From positions 10,903 to 74,902 of the forward strand of contig JAJRZI010000075.1 in the NCBI GenBank assembly GCA_024275295.1: DNA of 64,000 nucleotides, read 5' to 3'. How positions within the stretch are numbered: position 1 is the stretch's first letter; every line of letters begins with the position of its first letter. The notes beneath the pieces are model-generated. The model was not told the origin of the DNA. It searched no databases and saw only the letters and a list, made by a program, of their open reading frames with translations. Of this stretch, positions 1 through 8,973 are shown in pieces. The position numbers and the translations under genes were made by a program. This stretch comes from Gammaproteobacteria bacterium (GTDB taxonomy: Bacteria; Pseudomonadota; Gammaproteobacteria; Chromatiales; Chromatiaceae).

Positions 1-252
1 CACAGGTTCCAGGTGCCCGCCAAGGTAAAGTGTTGCCACCTCTTTCAGTGGGATGGCCTTCTCCACCACCTCAGGATAGGCCGGCAGAATCAGGCGGATA
101 TCATGATTTAGATGGCGTAGCGCAGGTGGCAGGCTACCGGCAACATCGGCAAGACCACCGGTCTTGATCAGGGGTTGTGCTTCACTGGCGGCAAACAGTA
201 TTTTTAGCGGTGCTTGTGTATCTATTGGGAACAAATTGGTTATGTTATCCAT
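1..252 (-). CDS. glgA: glycogen synthase, N-terminal 84 codons only (gene continues past the left edge)
   Basis: Absent from the ORF track because it is open at the window edge. Hand translation of the reverse strand from ATG 252-250 gives MDNITNLFPIDTQAPLKILFAASEAQPLIKTGGLADVAGSLPPALRHLNHDIRLILPAYPEVV... The ILF-x-ASE-x-x-P-x-x-KTGGLADV-x-G-x-LP pattern is the classical N-terminus of bacterial ADP-glucose glycogen synthase. Confidence 0.8.
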   Translation of the reverse strand, partial: MDNITNLFPIDTQAPLKILFAASEAQPLIKTGGLADVAGSLPPALRHLNHDIRLILPAYPEVVEKAIPLKEVATLYLGGHLEPV

Positions 253-384
253 GCTTTATTTCTTATTGACAACAACATGAATTGTCTGGGTTTGAATGTG
301 AATTTGCGTATACTCTAACACATGTCGGGAAGGTATCTGTGCTGGAGTTGTCTGCACATTACAACGCAACTGGATATAAAAATT

Positions 385-2025
385 ATGGCCATACTAAATC
401 AGACTGAAGAGTGGCGGGCTTTGGAAGACCACTGGAAAAAGTGCTCTTCTGCACAGATGCGGGATCTTTTTGCACAGGATCCAGAGCGTTTTGAAAATAT
501 GTCTCTGAGTAGTTGCGGCATGTTGTTGGACTATTCCAAAAACATTATTGATCGTAAGGGGTTGGGATTGTTGATGGAGCTGGCCCGGGCAGCAGAGCTG
601 AAAACCTGGATCCGGCGCATGTTCGCCGGTGATCGTATCAACAATACAGAACACCGTGCGGTACTTCATGTGGCGTTGCGTAACCGGGGCAGTCGTCCTG
701 TCTGGCTGGATGGTGAGGATGTGATGCTGGGGGTGCGAGAGGTATTGGCCCATGTTGCATCATTCTCCGAGGCGGTGCGCAGTGGCGAGTGGAAAGGGCA
801 TACCGGGCGCAGGATTACCGATGTGGTCAATATCGGCATCGGTGGCTCCAACCTGGGGCCGTTGATGGTGACTGAGGCATTAAAGCACTACCAGACACCG
901 CAGTTGCAGATGCATTTTGTCTCCAATGTGGATGGTACCCATATCGTGGAGACCTTGAAGCCACTGAACCCGGAAACCACACTCTTTATCGTCGCTTCCA
1001 AGACATTCACTACACAAGAGACCCTGACCAATGCCCATACGGCACGGGAGTGGTGTCTCCATGCCTTGGGGGATGAAGCGGCCATTGCCCGCCATTTTGT
1101 TGCTGTCTCCACCAATACTGAGGCGGTCAGTGCCTTTGGTATCGACCCGGCCAATATGTTTGGTTTTTGGGATTGGGTGGGTGGCCGCTATTCACTCTGG
1201 TCTGCCATCGGCCTGCCGATTGCCATTGCCGTGGGCATGGAGCAGTTTGAAGAGCTATTGACCGGCGCGCACGAGATGGATGAGCATTTCCGTACCGCCG
1301 AGCTGCCGGAAAATATGCCGGTAATCCTGGCGTTGCTGGGGATCTGGTATGTGAATTTTTTTGGAGCGCGCACCCATGCCATTCTGCCTTATGATCAATA
1401 TCTGCGCTATCTACCGGCCTATCTGCAACAGGCCGATATGGAGAGTAACGGCAAGCGGGTGATGCGGGATGGCAAGGTTGTGGAGTACGCCACTGGGCCT
1501 GTGGTGTGGGGTGCTGCGGGTACAGATGGCCAGCATGCTTTCTATCAGCTGATTCATCAGGGCACCGAGATGATACCGGCAGATTTTATTATCCCATTGA
1601 AAAGCCATAACCCTGTGGCGGATCAGCATCAAAAACTGCTGGCCAACTTTCTTGCGCAGACTGAGGCACTGATGAGGGGGCGTACCCGTGATGAGGCGCG
1701 AGATGAGCTGGAGCAGACAGGGTTGGAGGTGGAGCGTATTGTTGATCTGTTGCCGCACAAGGTATTTCCGGGCAACAGCCCAACCAACAGTATCCTGATC
1801 GATCAACTGACGCCGCGTCGACTTGGCGCGCTGATTGCGCTCTATGAGCACAAGATCTTCGTGCAGGGTGTGATCTGGAATATCAACTCATTTGACCAGT
1901 GGGGCGTAGAGTTGGGTAAGCAGCTTGCGAGCGTTATTTTGGCTGAGCTGAAGGGCGAGGCAGAACCTGCGGAGCATGATGCATCCACATCCAGTCTGAT
2001 TGATTACTGCAAACGGCACGGGTAG
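385..2025 (+). CDS. pgi: glucose-6-phosphate isomerase
   Basis: ORF 322..2025. Full-length PGI-like sequence ([50 protein letters not shown]). ATG 385 ([10 protein letters not shown]) is the likely start; the 21 upstream codons look like ORF-finder extension. Confidence 0.95.
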   Translation: MAILNQTEEWRALEDHWKKCSSAQMRDLFAQDPERFENMSLSSCGMLLDYSKNIIDRKGLGLLMELARAAELKTWIRRMFAGDRINNTEHRAVLHVALRNRGSRPVWLDGEDVMLGVREVLAHVASFSEAVRSGEWKGHTGRRITDVVNIGIGGSNLGPLMVTEALKHYQTPQLQMHFVSNVDGTHIVETLKPLNPETTLFIVASKTFTTQETLTNAHTAREWCLHALGDEAAIARHFVAVSTNTEAVSAFGIDPANMFGFWDWVGGRYSLWSAIGLPIAIAVGMEQFEELLTGAHEMDEHFRTAELPENMPVILALLGIWYVNFFGARTHAILPYDQYLRYLPAYLQQADMESNGKRVMRDGKVVEYATGPVVWGAAGTDGQHAFYQLIHQGTEMIPADFIIPLKSHNPVADQHQKLLANFLAQTEALMRGRTRDEARDELEQTGLEVERIVDLLPHKVFPGNSPTNSILIDQLTPRRLGALIALYEHKIFVQGVIWNINSFDQWGVELGKQLASVILAELKGEAEPAEHDASTSSLIDYCKRHG

Positions 2026-2036
2026 GGTGCGCCGTG

Positions 2037-3125
2037 CTAACCCGGCCGGTGCCTGAGCGAGGCAATCCACCTGGAATCACGCAACATCAGCGGGGCCGCC
2101 ATACACAGCACCACCAGATGAACCCACCATTGCCCCATCCATGCCGGAGTTATGCCATTTTTCATCCATGTGCCCGATACGCTCAGTAGATTGAAGAAGG
2201 TAAAATAGATCAGGAAGGCGAGAAACATGCGGCCATAAATGCCCTGGCGTGGTGCTGAGCGGCTCCAAGGCATGCTTATCAGGGTAAAGACGACTACCGC
2301 CAGGGGAAAGGCCAGGCGGTACTGCAACTCAGCTCGGTCTTTGATCCCGTCCGATGCCCATAGTGAGGCCGTGGAGCGGGTCTTACTTCTCAAGGATATT
2401 GGCTGTTTTGTCTCCTGAATAATACGCACGGCATATTTTCCAAATTCGGTGATACTGTAGTCCGGGCGCCCCGGCAGGCCCTCATATCGATAGCCATTGA
2501 TGAGCACTACAAAACGGTCTCCTGTCTTTTGATCCACATATTGATAGCCTTCATCGGCAGTAATCAACCCTATTTCGCCATGTTGGCGATTTTGTACGAA
2601 GACGTTGTGCATGCGCTTGTCCAGCAGCAGATCCTCGGCAAAAAACACCAGGTCGCCCCTGCTGAATTCATTGAAGCGTCCGGCTGCTGCGCTGGTGATG
2701 CTTGCAACGGCCTCCTGCTCATATTTGATCGCTTCGATGGCCTGGTTGGCCCAGGGTCGTCCCACAAGGGTTAGCCAGGCCACTATGGCGATTATAGGAA
2801 GTACGGAATAGAGAAATGAACGATAGATACGAAGCGTACCGATACCGCAGGAGGCCAGGGCGGTCATCTCGCTGTCACGGTACATGCGCCCAAGGGTATA
2901 GAGAATAGAGAAGAAGAAGGCGGCAGGAAGCAGCACCCCCAGCACCCGTAGAACCTCCAGGCCAAGCAGTGTCAGGATGACATCGTTGGCAAGAGAGCCT
3001 GCCGCTACGCGCTGCAGGTTATTAACGAATGCATGGCCAACCAATATCAATAGCAGAACGGCAAGGATTGCCAGCAGACATTTCAGCGTTTCGCGTAGTA
3101 GATAACGGTCGATGATGGAGAACAT
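2037..3125 (-). CDS. lptF: LPS export ABC transporter permease, LptF/LptG (YjgP/YjgQ) family, LptF-like
   Basis: 362 aa. The N-terminus MFSIIDRYLLRETLKCLLAILAVLLLILVG matches the LptF signature (RYLxRETLK..LAIL). Layout is 3 TM, a periplasmic domain, then 3 TM. No adjacent lptG. Confidence 0.8.
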   Translation of the reverse strand: MFSIIDRYLLRETLKCLLAILAVLLLILVGHAFVNNLQRVAAGSLANDVILTLLGLEVLRVLGVLLPAAFFFSILYTLGRMYRDSEMTALASCGIGTLRIYRSFLYSVLPIIAIVAWLTLVGRPWANQAIEAIKYEQEAVASITSAAAGRFNEFSRGDLVFFAEDLLLDKRMHNVFVQNRQHGEIGLITADEGYQYVDQKTGDRFVVLINGYRYEGLPGRPDYSITEFGKYAVRIIQETKQPISLRSKTRSTASLWASDGIKDRAELQYRLAFPLAVVVFTLISMPWSRSAPRQGIYGRMFLAFLIYFTFFNLLSVSGTWMKNGITPAWMGQWWVHLVVLCMAAPLMLRDSRWIASLRHRPG

Positions 3126-3223
3126 CTACAGATACCTAAACCCAATCTGGCCGTGTCTGACAAGTAACTGCATCAACTGCTTACCCTTCTGCGCTGTAAT
3201 AAAATGAGAAGGCAGCGAGTGTA

Positions 3224-3244
3224 GCATTAACATAACGTTAATGC
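3224..3244. promoter_or_regulatory. 21-bp perfect palindrome GCATTAAC-ATAAC-GTTAATGC (PmrA-box-like, TTAA cores 11 bp apart)
   Basis: Read directly. The same element recurs at 8265-8285 and 8288-8306. It lies between the lptF start (3125) and the 3' end of ORF 3257-3718. Confidence 0.4.
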
Positions 3245-3256
3245 AGGGTGGTGCGC

Positions 3257-3718
3257 CTATTGCCCAATAGCAACCAGCATGGTTTTTCCAAAGGTGGCTG
3301 ATCGGTATTCAGCCAGGTTGCGGGTCATTTCATCCAGGTGGGTGCTGGCATCCTTCATGCGTACGACAGCTTGATGACATTGCTGCTGCTTAATGGCGGC
3401 ATAGAGGAGACCGCCGGGCATAATGATAGTGATGAGACTCTCTTTAATGCCGAATTTTCTCTCCTCCGCTATGCGGGTCAATCTCGCTTTTTGTGCCTGA
3501 AGGTTGGAGCGCATCTCTTCCATCTGTCCGATGAGTTCTGCAGAGTTGGTGGCTGGCAGTGAGTTGATCAGGCCGGTCTTATCATTAACCTGAATCCAGA
3601 CGGAATCGCTGGATTTGAGCAGAGTTGATCTGATGGTGTTAGTGGCTTGAGAGACGGCCGAAATTAGAATCAGTACCATAAAGGCGCCAAGGCGAAACGG
3701 TAGGTGTGGGAGCGACAA
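3257..3718 (-). CDS. hypothetical exported protein
   Basis: 153-aa ORF with an N-terminal signal-like segment (FRLGAFMVLILISAVSQATN). No recognisable family. It has a TTAA-repeat element in its upstream region. Confidence 0.5.
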   Translation of the reverse strand: MSLPHLPFRLGAFMVLILISAVSQATNTIRSTLLKSSDSVWIQVNDKTGLINSLPATNSAELIGQMEEMRSNLQAQKARLTRIAEERKFGIKESLITIIMPGGLLYAAIKQQQCHQAVVRMKDASTHLDEMTRNLAEYRSATFGKTMLVAIGQ

Positions 3719-3777
3719 TGGGCAATCTCGTAGTGGCGTCTTGAAATTAAGAACAGCAGCAGGATAGCAGCAGCAAC

Positions 3778-3816
3778 CTTAACGTGGTGTTAAACAATTG
3801 TTAATAGCACGTTAAC
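3778..3816. promoter_or_regulatory. composite TTAA half-site array (CCTTAAC-GTGGT-GTTAAAC ... GTTAAT-AGCAC-GTTAAC), outer arms TTAACGTG/CACGTTAA inverted
   Basis: Read directly. The half-sites sit in an 11-bp register. The array lies upstream of ORF 3257-3718 and overlaps the stop codon (3812-3814) of the histidine kinase. Confidence 0.35.
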
Positions 3817-5071
3817 GAAACCGCCATTCTGCCCGCCCCCCTCCATCAGTGGGGGATTCCAGCCTCAGCGACCAGCCAAAGCGTTCACACAGTCGGCTGG
3901 CTATGGCCAGACCCAATCCCCTGCCGGATCTCTTTACATTGGCACCCCGCTTCCCTCTTTCAAATATTCTTTGCAGATCCGCTGCTGCGATGCCGGGGCC
4001 GCTGTCCTCTACTAGCAGGCGATCTTCCTCCAGGAGAATGCGGACATGCCCCTCGGTGGTATAGGCCAGGGCGTTGCGCAACAGGTTGTCGACCACCATG
4101 ATGGCGGCGGCTGGTGGTGCCATGAGTTTGGGATTTGCCCTCAGATCAAGGTCGAGTTCTATTGGCCGACCGGCCAGACTCTCCCGCCGGTTGACCACCA
4201 ATCTCTCCAGCTCTGATGCCAGATCGGTCCAGTTGCCCAATGAGGAGCTCTCCACCTTTTCCCGTGCCAGCCATAATAGCACCTCCAGGGTTCCGGCCAT
4301 CCCTTCTGCGGCTCGCATGATGCGCTCAGCCTTGGGACGCAGGGCGCTGGGCAATGCGCTGTTGGTGAGCATGCCCTCAGCGGTTGCCTGGATCACCGCC
4401 AACGGGCTGCGTAGCTCGTGGCTGGCATCTGCCGTGAATTCACGCTCTCTGCAGATAAAGGCCGCCAGACGATCCTGATAGGCATCAAAGGCGGCGGCCA
4501 GATTACCCACCTCATCGTTGGCGAACTCCCTGGCTAGCGGTTTACTCTCTGCCTTTGGTTCAGTTGCCTGTACCCGCTGGGCCAGATCCTTTATGGGGCG
4601 AATCACCCGCCTGGAGAGCCAGAAGCCGAACCAGGTGGCCGCAAAGGTGGTCACCAGGAATATGCCGGCCAGTAGCAGGGTGAAGATCTGCTCGTGCTGT
4701 TCAAGCTGTGTATCGTCAAATAGTAGGTAGAAGCGTTCACCAGCGCGCTCTGCTATGCCCACATCGTACTCTCGGCCCTTATGCGCTATTTCATGTAGGC
4801 CGCTTTCCAGATCGGCAAGGAATTTAAATCCTGAGGGGGCTTCGCCTGTGGGCGTGCGGTAGGCAACCCAGTGGGCTGAGTGCATCTCTGTCACCCCATT
4901 GGTGTTATCCATAAAGTGTTGCAGATCGCCCATCACGTAGGCATTCATAAGCTGCCGTTCCAGGCTTTCCAGGGCAAAAAATAGCAATCCCGCCAGCAGC
5001 AGGCCGACAATGGCGCCCAGCAGCGGGTAGGAGAGGATCAGGCGGGTGCGAAGGCTATGACGGTAGGACAT
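3812..5071 (-). CDS. two-component sensor histidine kinase (PmrB/BasS-like position)
   Basis: 419 aa with two TM segments. H-box FTADASHELRSPL, N box DNLLRNALAYT, G boxes DSGPGI and GRGLGLAI. Overlaps the upstream response regulator by 17 nt. Confidence 0.9.
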   Translation of the reverse strand: MSYRHSLRTRLILSYPLLGAIVGLLLAGLLFFALESLERQLMNAYVMGDLQHFMDNTNGVTEMHSAHWVAYRTPTGEAPSGFKFLADLESGLHEIAHKGREYDVGIAERAGERFYLLFDDTQLEQHEQIFTLLLAGIFLVTTFAATWFGFWLSRRVIRPIKDLAQRVQATEPKAESKPLAREFANDEVGNLAAAFDAYQDRLAAFICREREFTADASHELRSPLAVIQATAEGMLTNSALPSALRPKAERIMRAAEGMAGTLEVLLWLAREKVESSSLGNWTDLASELERLVVNRRESLAGRPIELDLDLRANPKLMAPPAAAIMVVDNLLRNALAYTTEGHVRILLEEDRLLVEDSGPGIAAADLQRIFERGKRGANVKRSGRGLGLAIASRLCERFGWSLRLESPTDGGGRAEWRFR

Positions 5072-5744
5072 TGGTGGCTGTCAGGCGGTAGCCGATCCCA
5101 CGCACCGTATGCAGCAGTGAGGTGTCGAATGGCTTGTCGATAATCGTGCGTAGGTTATGGATGTGTACCCGCAGGGCTTCACCATCAGGCGGTTCATCTC
5201 CCCATAGAACCCGTTCAATGCGCTCGCGTCGCACCACGCTGGGTGCAGCCTGCATCAGCACTTTAAGGATCTTGAGGCCGGTGGGTGAAACAGTGAGCGG
5301 CTGGCCGGCGCGCTGAACCTCCAGGGAGTTCATATTTAGCTCCAGATCCTCCACCTGCAGTATGTTGCCGGGCAGGTTCTGAGAACCCCGCCGCTCCAGG
5401 GCGGTCAGGCGGGCGAGCAGCTCACGCAGAGAGAAGGGTTTGACCAGGTAGTCGTCCGCCCCCTGCTCGAAGCCGGCCAGACGGTCTTCTAGCGTGTCGC
5501 GAGCGGTGAGCATGATGACCGGCGTCCAGCGGCCTGCATCGGATCGCAGTTGGCGGCAAACCTCCACCCCATCAAGCCCTGGCAGCATCAAATCCAGCAC
5601 AATGGCGTCATAATCATTGGATACTGCAAGGTGTAGTCCGGTGACACCATCTGCTGCTGCATCGATTGTATGACCATGGCTTTCCAGAAAGTCGGCCAGT
5701 TCAATTGCCAGATCGTTGTTATCTTCAATCAATAGCAGATGCAT
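5055..5744 (-). CDS. OmpR/PhoB-family response regulator (PmrA/BasR-like position)
   Basis: ORF 5055..5891. The receiver domain starts at MHLLLIEDNNDLA (Met50 of the ORF, first base 5744). C-terminal winged helix (LRVHIHNLRTIIDKPF, VRGIGYRL). The longer N-terminal extension would overlap the PAP2 gene. Confidence 0.9.
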   Translation of the reverse strand: MHLLLIEDNNDLAIELADFLESHGHTIDAAADGVTGLHLAVSNDYDAIVLDLMLPGLDGVEVCRQLRSDAGRWTPVIMLTARDTLEDRLAGFEQGADDYLVKPFSLRELLARLTALERRGSQNLPGNILQVEDLELNMNSLEVQRAGQPLTVSPTGLKILKVLMQAAPSVVRRERIERVLWGDEPPDGEALRVHIHNLRTIIDKPFDTSLLHTVRGIGYRLTATNVLPS

Positions 5745-5766
5745 GCGGTACAGCATACGTGATGTG

Positions 5767-6495
5767 CTATCCGTAGTCACTTTGCCGGTATGTGATGGTC
5801 GCATTCGGATCGGCGAGGCCTCGGTTTTTGAGGATGATCCAATACCAGGCCAAACTGTTGAACCAGCAGATGGCCAGCGTCCAGAGATCATGGGAAAGGA
5901 AGTGTGCGCCTCTTAGCTGCTGGGTGAGTCCAAACAACACGCCGCAGGTGAGACCAATGCCAAGCCCATGAAAGCGCCAACGGGGATGGGTCTGGAGAAA
6001 AAAGAAGTAGAGTGCTATCAGGGCGTAGCCGCCGCTGGCATGACCCGCCGGGAAGCATTTGCCATGGCTCTGCTGTCCGGTGTGCAGCTCGAACAGCCTG
6101 AGGTAGTGTTGCTCACCTCCGTAACGCAGCAGATCCCAGGGGCAATCGACATGAGTCAGGCTCTTTCCGGCACTGACCAGCAGGGCGGAAATCGGCATGG
6201 AGAGCGCAAGGTACCATAGCGCCCGTCGATAGGGCCGCAGTTTCTCGATCCGATGGCTGGCTGCAGCCAGGCCAAAAACAAGCAGTGCCAGGGCCTTCAC
6301 CAGTTGAGCTGCATCCTTATGCAGGATGTTGGAAAAGAGAAAATTACGCCGCAGAATCCAGTGTCCCCCCTCTAGCTGGTAGAGCCAGTCAGCGACGATG
6401 AGATCAATCTGGCTCTGCTCCAGCAGCCCGACCAGAAGGAGAAAGATCATCAATGGTGCAATGAGATGGCTGCGCCAGAACTGGGAGTTAGTCAT
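5767..6495 (-). CDS. PAP2-family membrane phosphatase (lipid phosphate / lipid A phosphatase-like)
   Basis: 242 aa, multi-TM. PAP2 motifs KCFPAGHASGGY (PSGH) and LRGAHFLSHD (SRx5Hx3D). Immediately downstream of the EptA-like gene. Confidence 0.8.
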   Translation of the reverse strand: MTNSQFWRSHLIAPLMIFLLLVGLLEQSQIDLIVADWLYQLEGGHWILRRNFLFSNILHKDAAQLVKALALLVFGLAAASHRIEKLRPYRRALWYLALSMPISALLVSAGKSLTHVDCPWDLLRYGGEQHYLRLFELHTGQQSHGKCFPAGHASGGYALIALYFFFLQTHPRWRFHGLGIGLTCGVLFGLTQQLRGAHFLSHDLWTLAICWFNSLAWYWIILKNRGLADPNATITYRQSDYG

Positions 6496-6504
6496 GGGTA
6501 CCTA

Positions 6505-8277
6505 CTACCCCCTGCATCCGGCGAACAGGTCGAGCTTTTTGTCATAAACAGTGGTGCTCACCCCCATCAGCCCAAGCAGTGAGTGAAAAATATTGTCATG
6601 TGAGTAATCCTTTTCGCCCCGCCCGTGCAGGCAGGTGCTGTTGATGCTGTTGTTTGTCGCAAATTCATCTGAAAACCACAGCATAAGTGGGACATGCTTC
6701 TGCTCATCGGGTGCAATAAAGTAGGGGAGGCCATGCAGATAGAGGTTGTTCTCGCCCAGTGACTCCCCGTGATCGGATATATAGATCATTGCGGTATTGA
6801 ATCGTGCTGAGTTCCCTTTGAGAAAATCGATGGTTTTGGCCAGGAAATAGTCGGTGTAGAGGATGGTGTTGTCATAGGCATTAACGATCTCCTGCTGCTG
6901 GCACTCCTGTAGCTGATTGGTGGCGCAGACCGGCGTAAATTGCTCAAATGCCTTGGGGTATCTTAGGTAATAGGCCGGGCCGTGGCTCCCTTTCTGATGC
7001 AACACGATCACCGCATCGCCCTTGAGCTGTTCGATATAATCTTGCAGTTTATAGAGCAGAATCTCATCGTAGCACTCTGTCGCGTTGCAGAGATCCGGCA
7101 CCGTAAGGTGCGACATCCTCTCCTGCTGAACCCGGTCACATGTCCCTTTGCAGCCGGAATTATTGTCCCGCCACAACACCTCGATACCGGCATGGGAGAG
7201 CACATCGAGCAGTCCCTCCTGCCCTTTGGCCTTTGAGTCGCTGTAGGCCTGTCGGCCAAGATGGGAAAAGAGGCAGGGTACGGAGGTGGCAGTGGCTGTC
7301 CCGCAGGAGTAGACGTTTTTGAAACTGATGACATCCTTCGTGCGGGTAAGGGGGGTGGTCTCTCGCTGGTAACCGTTCAGTGAAAAATTCATCTGCCGTG
7401 CCGTCTCACCCAGCACCAAAATGACCAGGTTATTTTTATCACCTTTTTTCCAGGCTGCCGTTAATGCGGCGTCCTCACCCAGCGGCTTGATTACCCGATT
7501 GCCATCCTTGAGGGAGCGATGGAGATAAGAGCTAAGTGAGTAGATGTAGCTGGTGGGGTTGATAAGGTATTTCAGGTATCGATTGTTTCTGGAGAGGGAT
7601 GCATAGTCCTGATAAAAAGCAAATACCAGTGCCGCTACAACCAGCAGGCTGAGCAGCGCCAGCAACAGCTTTGATCCTATCTCCCTGGCAAAGGATCTGT
7701 ATTGTATTTCGGTGCGAAGAACAAATGTGGAAGGAATGACCCCCAATAAAAACAGAGAGTAGAACATCTGTGGGTTGAGCAGTTCGAACGTCTCTTTATA
7801 GTCCGTCTGCATCACATTTTGCATCATGGTTCTATCCAGCATGATGCCGTAGCTATTCATAAAATAGCTTGCCAGTGAGGCGCTGATAAGCACCCCGATG
7901 ACCAGGGGTTTAAAGATATATTTAAAGCAGACCAGGTAGAGAAACAGATTAAGCAATACAAGTAGCAGGACAAACTGGGATAGCATGAAACCAATGTTCA
8001 CCGCAGTGAGATCATGCAGGAGATTTAGACTTGTCTTCCAGAATGAGAGGTTGTCAAAGAGGACTAAAAACAGGGCGATAACAAGTGTTAGCGCTGTGGT
8101 GCTTAACCTTGGTTTTAACCAAAGCCATGCAGGTATACCTATCCGTGATGGGTATAACAATCGAGATTGCAGTGAATTATTAACCTGTTTAGCCATAAAA
8201 ATAATAAACACCAGCATATATATGCTGGCCATTATAAAAAGATAATGCAATCTTAAAGAAGTGAACATTAACGCCAC
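6505..8277 (-). CDS. eptA: phosphoethanolamine transferase, EptA/MCR family (start uncertain)
   Basis: N-terminal multi-TM domain plus a sulfatase-type periplasmic domain (NLVILVLGETAR, CGTATATSVPCLF, YISDHGESLGENNLYLHG). The ORF-track start is a GTG at 8277 lying in the centre of a palindrome. Internal ATGs at 8232, 8217 or 8196 are more plausible starts. Confidence 0.85.
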   Translation of the reverse strand: MALMFTSLRLHYLFIMASIYMLVFIIFMAKQVNNSLQSRLLYPSRIGIPAWLWLKPRLSTTALTLVIALFLVLFDNLSFWKTSLNLLHDLTAVNIGFMLSQFVLLLVLLNLFLYLVCFKYIFKPLVIGVLISASLASYFMNSYGIMLDRTMMQNVMQTDYKETFELLNPQMFYSLFLLGVIPSTFVLRTEIQYRSFAREIGSKLLLALLSLLVVAALVFAFYQDYASLSRNNRYLKYLINPTSYIYSLSSYLHRSLKDGNRVIKPLGEDAALTAAWKKGDKNNLVILVLGETARQMNFSLNGYQRETTPLTRTKDVISFKNVYSCGTATATSVPCLFSHLGRQAYSDSKAKGQEGLLDVLSHAGIEVLWRDNNSGCKGTCDRVQQERMSHLTVPDLCNATECYDEILLYKLQDYIEQLKGDAVIVLHQKGSHGPAYYLRYPKAFEQFTPVCATNQLQECQQQEIVNAYDNTILYTDYFLAKTIDFLKGNSARFNTAMIYISDHGESLGENNLYLHGLPYFIAPDEQKHVPLMLWFSDEFATNNSINSTCLHGRGEKDYSHDNIFHSLLGLMGVSTTVYDKKLDLFAGCRG

Positions 8278-8306
8278 GTTAATGTTTCATTAGCACGGTG
8301 TTAATG
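8265..8306. promoter_or_regulatory. two tandem PmrA-box-like palindromes ACATTAAC-GCCAC-GTTAATGT and CATTAGC-ACGGT-GTTAATG, centres 22 bp apart
   Basis: Read directly. The first copy has perfect 8-bp arms; the second has one mismatch. They sit at the 5' end of the eptA operon. Confidence 0.45.
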
Positions 8307-8381
8307 TTTGGCTGGTAGAATGAAACACAGGGATAGCGGATGAGGTATCCCGTTCCCATCAAAACTGATCTCTCTGCGGGT

Positions 8382-8418
8382 TGGTTGATTTCCACCACTT
8401 CGAGTGGTTCATTTCAAC
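8382..8418. promoter_or_regulatory. 37-bp imperfect dyad GGTTGATTTCCACCACTTCGAGTGGTTCATTTCAACC, candidate enhancer (UAS)
   Basis: 13 of 18 positions are symmetric about 8400. It lies about 85-100 bp upstream of the -24/-12 element at 8485-8500, a typical distance for bacterial enhancer-binding proteins. Confidence 0.3.
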
Positions 8419-8484
8419 CAATATTAGAGTGCAAAAATAACTTAAAAAAGCATAACGTATTGACTGCACAGGAAAATCAATTAA

Positions 8485-8500
8485 TGGCACGCGTCGTGCA
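8485..8500 (+). promoter_or_regulatory. sigma54 (-24/-12) promoter TGGCACG-CGTC-GTGCA
   Basis: Matches TGGCACG-N4-TTGCA with one mismatch and correct GG-N10-GC spacing. It lies about 80 nt upstream of ORF 8579-8938 and next to a sigma54-dependent activator gene. Confidence 0.6.
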
Positions 8501-8578
8501 AGTGTTTGTTGTTGTTCAAAGAAATTAACGATAGAACCATCAGACACCTAAATTGAGAAGAGGTTAATAGCAAACAAT

Positions 8579-8938
8579 ATGGCTAATAAATTTTTATCTA
8601 CGAGTGCTTTTATCTGTGTATGTTTCCTGTCCATCCCGGTTGCCGGCTACGCCTGTGATACAGCAGGACATAGCGTGCTTGAGCAGGAAAAAAGTGAGCT
8701 TGCCGATCTGAATCTTGCCAGGCTGAAGAGTGATGAGACAGATGTGCTTCTATATAACTTCAGAACCGAGCGCTGCGTGCCCTTCAATAAAGCACATACA
8801 GAGTTGGAAGTCAGTGCGTTTATGCCCAGTGATGAAACAACGCAGGGAATGTACCAGGTATATCGCGGCCGGGGTAAAAGCCCGGTTGAGGCACTAGAAC
8901 ATACCCTCTTGTTTATGATCGAAGAGGAGCAAAGCTAA
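8579..8938 (+). CDS. small hypothetical secreted protein
   Basis: 119 aa with a signal-like N-terminus (FLSTSAFICVCFLSIPVAGYA). Bracketed by a sigma54 promoter and an intrinsic terminator. Confidence 0.55.
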   Translation: MANKFLSTSAFICVCFLSIPVAGYACDTAGHSVLEQEKSELADLNLARLKSDETDVLLYNFRTERCVPFNKAHTELEVSAFMPSDETTQGMYQVYRGRGKSPVEALEHTLLFMIEEEQS

Positions 8939-8973
8939 ATACATCTTACTTCTGTTCCATCTCCCTCAACTAT

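Noticed and set aside
322-384. 21-codon N-terminal extension of pgi.
   Set aside because: Conserved PGI sequence begins at [10 protein letters not shown] (ATG 385). The extension is Cys/Trp-rich and atypical.
2013-2037. Short hairpin GGCACGG...CCGTGC between the convergent pgi and lptF genes, as a possible bidirectional terminator.
   Set aside because: The stem is only 6 bp with a 10-nt loop and no flanking T/A runs. That is too weak to call.
5745-5891. 49-codon N-terminal extension of the response-regulator ORF.
   Set aside because: The extension overlaps the PAP2 gene's 3' end and has no receiver-domain similarity. The conserved receiver starts at MHLLLIEDN.
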